This document shows positions 1-6,994 of a DNA stretch of 6,994 nt, one piece after another; the stretch's first letter is position 1, and each line of letters opens with the position of its first letter. Both the position numbers and the translations under genes were made by a program. Origin of the DNA: Balanoglossus misakiensis (Eukaryota > Animalia > Hemichordata); the NCBI GenBank assembly GCA_040954595.2, contig CM082592.2, positions 5,295,115-5,302,108 on the forward strand, written 5' to 3'. The notes below the pieces were generated by a model that saw only the letters and a program-made list of their open reading frames with translations, was not told the origin of the DNA and searched no databases.

Positions 1-2152
1 TCGAAAAATTGTCGTTTTTGGATGATTTTCATGGGCTATAACCCATGATTTTTGTCAAAATATGAAGAATTTTTGATATTTCGGAAAGTCGAAAAATTGT
101 CATTTTTGGATGATTTTCATGGGCTATAACCCATGATTTTTGTCAAAATATGAAGAATTATTGATATTTCGGAAAGTCGAAAAATTGTCATTTTTGGATG
201 ATTTTCATGGGCTATAACCCATGATTTTTGTCAAAATATGAAGAATTATTGATATTTCGGAAAGTCGAAAAATTGTCATTTTTGGATGATTTTCATGGGC
301 TATAACCCATGATTTTTGTCAAAATATGAAGAATTTTTGATATTTCGGAAAGTCGAAAAATTGTCATTTTTGGATGATTTTCATGGGCTATAACCCATGA
401 TTTTTGTCAAAATATGAAGAATTTTTGATATTTCGGAAAGTCGAAAAATTGTCATTTTTGGATGATTTTCATGGGCTATAACCCATGATTTTTGTCAAAA
501 TATGAAGAATTTTTGATATTTCGGAAAGTCGAAAAATTGTCATTTTGGGTGATTTTCATGGGCTATAACCCATGATTTTTGTCAAAATATGAAGAAGTTT
601 TTGATATTTCGGAAAGTCGAAAAATTGTCATTTTTGGATGATTTTCATGGGCTATAACCAATGATTTTTGTCAAAATATGAAGAATTTCTGATATTTCGG
701 AAAGTCGAAAAATCGTCATTTTTGGGTGATTTTCATGGGCTATAACCCATGATTTTTGTCAAAATATGAAGAATTTTTGATATTTCGGAAAGTCGAAAAA
801 TCGTCATTTTTGGATGATTTTCATGGGCTATAACCCATGATTTTTGTCAAAATATGAAGAATTATTGATATTTCGGAAAGTCGAAAAATTGTCATTTTTG
901 GATGATTTTCATGGGCTATAACCCATGACTTTTGTCAAAATATGAAGAATTTTTGATATTTCGGAAAGTCGAAAAATTGTCATTTTTGGATGATTTTCAT
1001 GGGCTATAACCCATGATTTTTGTCAAAATATGAAGAATTTTTGATATTTCGGAAAGTCGAAAAATTGTCATTTTTGGATGATTTTCATGGGCTATAACCC
1101 ATGATTTTTGTCAAAATATGAAGAATTTTTGATATTTCGGAAAGTCGAAAAATTGTCATTTTTGGATGATTTTCATGGGCTATAACCCATGATTTTTGTC
1201 AAAATATGAAGAATTTTTGATATTTCGGAAAGTCGAAAAATTGTCATTTTGGGTGATTTTCATGGGCTATAACCCATGATTTTTGTCAAAATATGAAGAA
1301 TTTTTGATATTTCGGAAAGTCGAAAAATTGTCGTTTTTGGATGATTTTCATGGGCTATAACCCATGATTTTTGTCAAAATATGAAGAATTTTTGATATTT
1401 CGGAAAGTCGAAAAATTGTCATTTTTGGATGATTTTCATGGGCTATAACCCATGATTTTTGTCAAAATATGAAGAATTATTGATATTTCGGAAAGTCGAA
1501 AAATTGTCATTTTTGGATGATTTTCATGGGCTATAACCCATGATTTTTGTCAAAATATGAAGAATTATTGATATTTCGGAAAGTCGAAAAATTGTCATTT
1601 TTGGATGATTTTCATGGGCTATAACCCATGATTTTTGTCAAAATATGAAGAATTTTTGATATTTCGGAAAGTCGAAAAATTGTCATTTTTGGATGATTTT
1701 CATGGGCTATAACCCATGATTTTTGTCAAAATATGAAGAATTTTTGATATTTCGGAAAGTCGAAAAATTGTCATTTTTGGATGATTTTCATGGGCTATAA
1801 CCCATGATTTTTGTCAAAATATGAAGAATTTTTGATATTTCGGAAAGTCGAAAAATTGTCATTTTGGGTGATTTTCATGGGCTATAACCCATGATTTTTG
1901 TCAAAATATGAAGAAGTTTTTGATATTTCGGAAAGTCGAAAAATTGTCATTTTTGGATGATTTTCATGGGCTATAACCAATGATTTTTGTCAAAATATGA
2001 AGAATTTCTGATATTTCGGAAAGTCGAAAAATCGTCATTTTTGGGTGATTTTCATGGGCTATAACCCATGATTTTTGTCAAAATATGAAGAATTTTTGAT
2101 ATTTCGGAAAGTCGAAAAATCGTCATTTTTGGATGATTTTCATGGGCTATAA
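1..2152 (+). repeat. Block duplication with a 1319-bp (15-monomer) offset: 1-833 is repeated at 1320-2152
   Basis: The same ordered variant series occurs in both copies: GTCG; TTATT; TTATT; three consensus units; TTTTGGGT deletion plus GAAGTTTTT insertion (G at 597 and 1916); ACCAATG plus TTTCTG; ATCG plus GGGT; ATCG. The first mismatch is 834 (C) versus 2153 (T). Confidence 0.93.
29..48. other. Core imperfect palindrome TCATGGGCTATAACCCATGA of each monomer (first copy given)
   Basis: 9 of 10 positions pair about the central TATA, with one C/A mismatch. It is the most GC-rich part of the monomer and recurs every 88 bp. Confidence 0.95.
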
Positions 2153-4381
2153 TCCATGATTTTTGTCAAAATATGAAGAATTTTTGATATTTCGGAAAGT
2201 CGAAAAATCGTCATTTTTTTATGATTTTCATGGGCTATAACCCATGATTTTTGTCAAAATATGAGGAATTTTTGATATTTCGGAAAGTCGAAAAATTGTC
2301 ATTTTTGGATGATTTTCATGGGCTATAACCCATGATTTTTGTCAAAATATGAAGAATTTTTGATATTTCGGAAAGTCGAAAAATTGTCATTTTTGGATGA
2401 TTTTCATGGGCTATAACCCATGATTTTTGTCAAAATATGAAGAATTTTTGATATTTCGGAAAGTCGAAAAATTGTCATTTTTGGGTGATTTTCATGAGCT
2501 ATAACCCATGATTTTTGTCAAAATGTGAAGAATTTTTGATATTTCGGAAAGTCGAAAAATTGTCATTTTTGGATGATTTTCATGGGCTATAACCCATGAT
2601 TTTTGTCAAAATATGAAGAATTATTGATATTTCGGAAAGTCGAAAAATTGTCATTTTTGGATGATTTTCATGGGCTATAACCCATGATTTTTGTCAAAAT
2701 ATGAAGAATTATTGATATTTCGGAAAGTCGAAAAATTGTCATTTTTGGATGATTTTCATGGGCTATAACCCATGATTTTTGTCAAAATATGAAGAATTTT
2801 TGATATTTCGGAAAGTCGAAAAATTGTCATTTTTGGATGATTTTCATGGGCTATAACCCATGACTTTTGTCAAAATATGAAGAATTTTTGATATTTCGGA
2901 AAGTCGAAAAATTGTCATTTTTGGATGATTTTCATGGGCTATAACCCATGATTTTTGTCAAAATATGAAGAATTTTTGATATTTCGGAAAGTCGAAAAAT
3001 TGTCATTTTTGGATGATTTTCATGGGCTATAACCCATGATTTTTGTCAAAATATGAAGAATTTTTGATATTTCGGAAAGTCGAAAAATTGTCATTTTTGG
3101 ATGATTTTCATGGGCTATAACCCATGATTTTTGTCAAAATATGAAGAAGTTTTTGATATTTCGGAAAGTCGAAAAATTGTCATTTTTGGATGATTTTCAT
3201 GGGCTATAACCAATGATTTTTGTCAAAATATGAAGAATTTCTGATATTTCGGAAAGTCGAAAAATCGTCATTTTTGGGTGATTTTCATGGGCTATAACCC
3301 ATGATTTTTGTCAAAATATGAAGAATTTTTGATATTTCGGAAAGTCGAAAAATCGTCATTTTTGGATGATTTTCATGGGCTATAATCCATGATTTTTGTC
3401 AAAATATGAAGAATTTTTGATATTTCGGAAAGTCGAAAAATCGTCATTTTTTTATGATTTTCATGGGCTATAACCCATGATTTTTGTCAAAATATGAGGA
3501 ATTTTTGATATTTCGGAAAGTCGAAAAATTGTCATTTTTGGATGATTTTCATGGGCTATAACCCATGATTTTTGTCAAAATATGAAGAATTTTTGATATT
3601 TCGGAAAGTCGAAAAATTGTCATTTTTGGATGATTTTCATGGGCTATAACCCATGATTTTTGTCAAAATATGAAGAATTTTTGATATTTCGGAAAGTCGA
3701 AAAATTGTCATTTTTGGGTGATTTTCATGAGCTATAACCCATGATTTTTGTCAAAATGTGAAGAATTTTTGATATTTCGGAAAGTCGAAAAATTGTCATT
3801 TTTGGATGATTTTCATGGGCTATAACCCATGATTTTTGTCAAAATATGAAGAATTATTGATATTTCGGAAAGTCGAAAAATTGTCATTTTTGGATGATTT
3901 TCATGGGCTATAACCCATGATTTTTGTCAAAATATGAAGAATTATTGATATTTCGGAAAGTCGAAAAATTGTCATTTTTGGATGATTTTCATGGGCTATA
4001 ACCCATGATTTTTGTCAAAATATGAAGAATTTTTGATATTTCGGAAAGTCGAAAAATTGTCATTTTTGGATGATTTTCATGGGCTATAACCCATGACTTT
4101 TGTCAAAATATGAAGAATTTTTGATATTTCGGAAAGTCGAAAAATTGTCATTTTTGGATGATTTTCATGGGCTATAACCCATGATTTTTGTCAAAATATG
4201 AAGAATTTTTGATATTTCGGAAAGTCGAAAAATTGTCATTTTTGGATGATTTTCATGGGCTATAACCCATGATTTTTGTCAAAATATGAAGAATTTTTGA
4301 TATTTCGGAAAGTCGAAAAATTGTCATTTTTGGATGATTTTCATGGGCTATAACCCATGATTTTTGTCAAAATATGAAGAA
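1869..4381 (+). repeat. Tandem higher-order duplication of 14 monomers (1233 bp), two copies: about 1869-3101 and 3102-4334, with identity extending to 4381
   Basis: Monomers starting at 1936-2992 and at 3169-4225 carry an identical variant order: ACCA/TTCT; ATCG/GGGT; ATCG/AATCC; ATCG/TTTTTTTATG/GAGGA; two consensus; GGGT/GAGCT/ATGTG; TTATT; TTATT; consensus; GACTTTT; consensus. The G insertion is at 1916 and 3149 but absent at 4382. Confidence 0.95.
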
Positions 4382-4985
4382 TTTTTGATATTTCGGAAAG
4401 TCGAAAAATTGTCATTTTTGGATGATTTTCATGGGCTATAACCCATGATTTTTGTCAAAATATGAAGAATTTTTGATATTTCGGAAAGTCGAAAAATCGT
4501 CATTTTTGGATGATTTTCATGGGCTATAACCCATGATTTTTGTCAAAATATGAAGAATTTTTGATATTTCGGAAAGTCGAAAAATCGTCATTTTTGGATG
4601 ATTTTCATGGGCTATAACCCATGATTTTTGTCAAAATATGAAGAATTTTTGATATTTCGGAAAGTCGAAAAATCGTCATTTTTGGATGATTTTCATGGGC
4701 TATAACCCATGATTTTTGTCAAAATATGAAGAATTTTTGATATTTCGGAAAGTCGAAAAATTGTCATTTTTGGATGATTTTCATGGGCTATAACCCATGA
4801 TTTTTGTCAAAATATGAAGAATTTTTGATATTTCGGAAAGTCGAAAAATTGTCATTTTTGGATGATTTTCATGGGCTATAACCCATGACTTTTGTCAAAA
4901 TATGAAGAATTTTTGATATTTCGGAAAGTCGAAAAATTGTCATTTTTGGATGATTTTCATGGGCTATAACCCATGATTTTTGTCA

Positions 4986-5009
4986 AAATATGAAAAATTT
5001 TTCATATTT
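4986..5009. other. Perfect 24-bp palindrome AAATATGAAAAATTTTTCATATTT in one variant monomer
   Basis: The sequence equals its own reverse complement. It differs from consensus AAATATGAAGAATTTTTGATATTT at 4995 (G>A) and 5003 (G>C). Confidence 0.95.
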
Positions 5010-6830
5010 CGGAAAGTCGAAAAATCGTCATTTTTGGATGATTTTCATGGGCTATAACCCATGATTTTTGTCAAAATATGAAGAATTTTTGATATTTCGG
5101 AAAGTCGAAAAATCGTCATTTTTGGATGATTTTCATGGGCTATAACCCATGATTTTTGTCAAAATATGAAGAATTTTTGATATTTCGGAAAGTCGAAAAA
5201 TCGTCATTTTTGGATGATTTTCATGGGCTATAACCCATGATTTTTGTCAAAATATGAAGATTTTTTGATATTTCGGAAAGTCGAAAAATCGTCATTTTTG
5301 GATGATTTTCATGGGCTATAACCCATGATTTTTGTCAAAATATGAAGAATTTTTGATATTTCGGAAAGTCGAAAAATCGTCATTTTTGGATGATTTTCAT
5401 GGGCTATAACCCATGATTTTTGTCAAAATATGAAGAATTTTTGATATTTCGGAAAGTCGAAAAATTGTCATTTTTGGATGATTTTCATGGGCTATAACCC
5501 ATGATTTTTGTCAAAATATGAAGAATTTTTGATATTTCGGAAAGTCGAAAAATTGTCATTTTTGGATGATTTTCATGGGCTATAACCCATGACTTTTGTC
5601 AAAATATGAAGAATTTTTGATATTTCGGAAAGTCGAAAAATTGTCATTTTTGGATGATTTTCATGGGCTATAACCCATGACTTTTGTCAAAATATGAAGA
5701 ATTTTTGATATTTCGGAAAGTCGAAAAATTGTCATTTTTGGATGATTTTCATGGGCTATAACCCATGATTTTTGTCAAAATATGAAGAATTTTTGATATT
5801 TCGGAAAGTCGAAAAATTGTCATTTTTGGATGATTTTCATGGGCTATAACCCATGATTTTTGTCAAAATATGAAGAATTTTTGATATTTCGGAAAGTCGA
5901 AAAATTGTCATTTTTGGATGATTTTCATGGGCTATAACCCATGATTTTGTCAAAATATGAAGAATTTTTGATATTTCGGAAAGTCGAAAAATTGTCATTT
6001 TTGGATGATTTTCATGGGCTATAACCCATGATTTTTGTCAAAATATGAAGAATTTTTGATATTTCGGAAAGTCGAAAAATTGTCATTTTTGGATGATTTT
6101 CATGGGCTATAACCCATGATTTTTGTCAAAATATGAAGAATTTTTGATATTTCGGAAAGTCGAAAAATTGTCATTTTTGGATGATTTTCATGGGCTATAA
6201 CCCATGATTTTTGTCAAAATATGAAGAATTTTTGATATTTCGGAAAGTCGAAAAATCGTCATTTTTGGATGATTTTCATGGGCTATAACCCATGATTTTT
6301 GTCAAAATATGAAGAATTTTTGATATTTCGGAAAGTCGAAAAATTGTCATTTTTGGATGATTTTCATGGGCTATAACCCATGATTTTTGTCAAAATATGA
6401 AGAATTTTTGATATTTCGGAAAGTCGAAAAATTGTCATTTTTGGATGATTTTCATGGGCTATAACCCATGATTTTTGTCAAAATATGAAGAATTTTTGAT
6501 ATTTCGGAAAGTCGAAAAATTGTCATTTTTGGATGATTTTCATGGGCTATAACCCATGACTTTTGTCAAAATATGAAGAATTTTTGATATTTCGGAAAGT
6601 CGAAAAATTGTCATTTTTGGATGATTTTCATGGGCTATAACCCATGATTTTTGTCAAAATATGAAGAATTTTTGATATTTCGGAAAGTCGAAAAATTGTC
6701 ATTTTTGGATGATTTTCATGGGCTATACCCCATGATTTTTGTCAAAATATGAAGAATTTTTGATATTTCGGAAAGTCGAAAAATTGTCATTTTCGGATGA
6801 TTTTCATGGGCTATAACCCATGATTTTTGT

Positions 6831-6994
6831 TTCGCAAAGTCGAAATATGACAAATTCTTGTCTTTGCAAAGTTTGGTTATTATGTCATTTTTGGTCATTT
6901 TCATGGGTTATAGCTCATGAAAACTGTCAAAATATGACAAATACCTGACTTTGCAAACTTAAGTGATTATGTCATCTTTGGACATTTTTCATGG
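6831..6994. repeat. Diverged related repeat (about 1.8 units, 87-88 bp period) abutting the homogeneous array, truncated by the right window edge
   Basis: GTC(G/A)AAATATGACAAAT at 6839 and 6926, TTTGCAAA at 6863 and 6950, TCATGG at 6901 and 6989. An ungapped hand alignment of 6902-6994 gives about 62/93 to the consensus and about 63/93 to its reverse complement. Confidence 0.88.

Larger units (their letters stand above)
1..6830. repeat. Tandem satellite array, 88-bp monomer, about 77.6 copies, truncated by the left window edge
   Basis: TCGAAAAA recurs at 1, 89, 177, 265, 353, 441 ... 6688, 6776. Only three full monomers differ in length: 87 bp at 1233, 89 bp at 3080, 87 bp at 5897. Monomers differ from the consensus by 0-4 bases. 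One TCGA and two CATG sites per consensus monomer; no unique spacers. Confidence 0.99.

Noticed and set aside
29-53. Intrinsic terminator (hairpin followed by a T run) or promoter-like TATAA in each monomer
   Set aside because: The shape resembles a hairpin plus TTTTT, but there is no gene context, nothing indicates a prokaryotic origin, and such motifs are expected in an AT-rich palindromic repeat.
5941-5950. Single-T deletion in the monomer at 5897
   Set aside because: It is a singleton homopolymer indel that cannot be distinguished from sequencing error or trivial slippage.
1-6830. CRISPR array with a palindromic repeat
   Set aside because: The sequence between palindromes is near-identical in every unit, so there are no unique spacers. 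No leader or cas gene is visible.
1-6830. Repeat-encoded protein (coding VNTR)
   Set aside because: The 88-bp period is not a multiple of 3, stop codons are frequent, and the ORF track shows no ORF within the body of the array.
1-6830. Rolling-circle or concatemer sequencing artefact of one 88-bp circle
   Set aside because: Variants recur in ordered, duplicated blocks and the array joins a diverged relative, which fits genuine array evolution rather than random errors on a single template.
6716-6904. 62-aa minus-strand ORF (MKMTKNDIITKLCKDKNLSY...)
   Set aside because: It lies entirely in repeat sequence across the junction, has no recognisable domain, and is explained as a chance open frame in the satellite's reverse strand.
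1-6994. Assignment to a named satellite, transposon family or viral hr origin
   Set aside because: I do not recognise the monomer with confidence, and no terminus, target-site duplication or coding region is present. A database search is required.

Overview
No genes are supportable here. Positions 1-6830 are a very homogeneous, AT-rich (25/88 G+C, about 28%) head-to-tail tandem array of an 88-bp monomer: 77 full copies plus 55 bp of a 78th, running off the left edge of the window. Consensus: TCGAAAAATTGTCATTTTTGGATGATTTTCATGGGCTATAACCCATGATTTTTGTCAAAATATGAAGAATTTTTGATATTTCGGAAAG. This is most consistent with eukaryotic-type satellite DNA; I cannot assign the family or taxon. The monomer is a degenerate palindrome (two dyad axes 44 bp apart plus a third local 24-bp quasi-palindrome). 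Diagnostic variants show recent block duplications at offsets of 15 monomers (1319 bp) and 14 monomers (1233 bp). At 6831 the array switches abruptly to a diverged relative with the same period (about 67-68% identity) that matches both strands of the consensus about equally and has an inverted core. The single ORF is a translation artefact of the repeat. All counts and alignments were done by hand.
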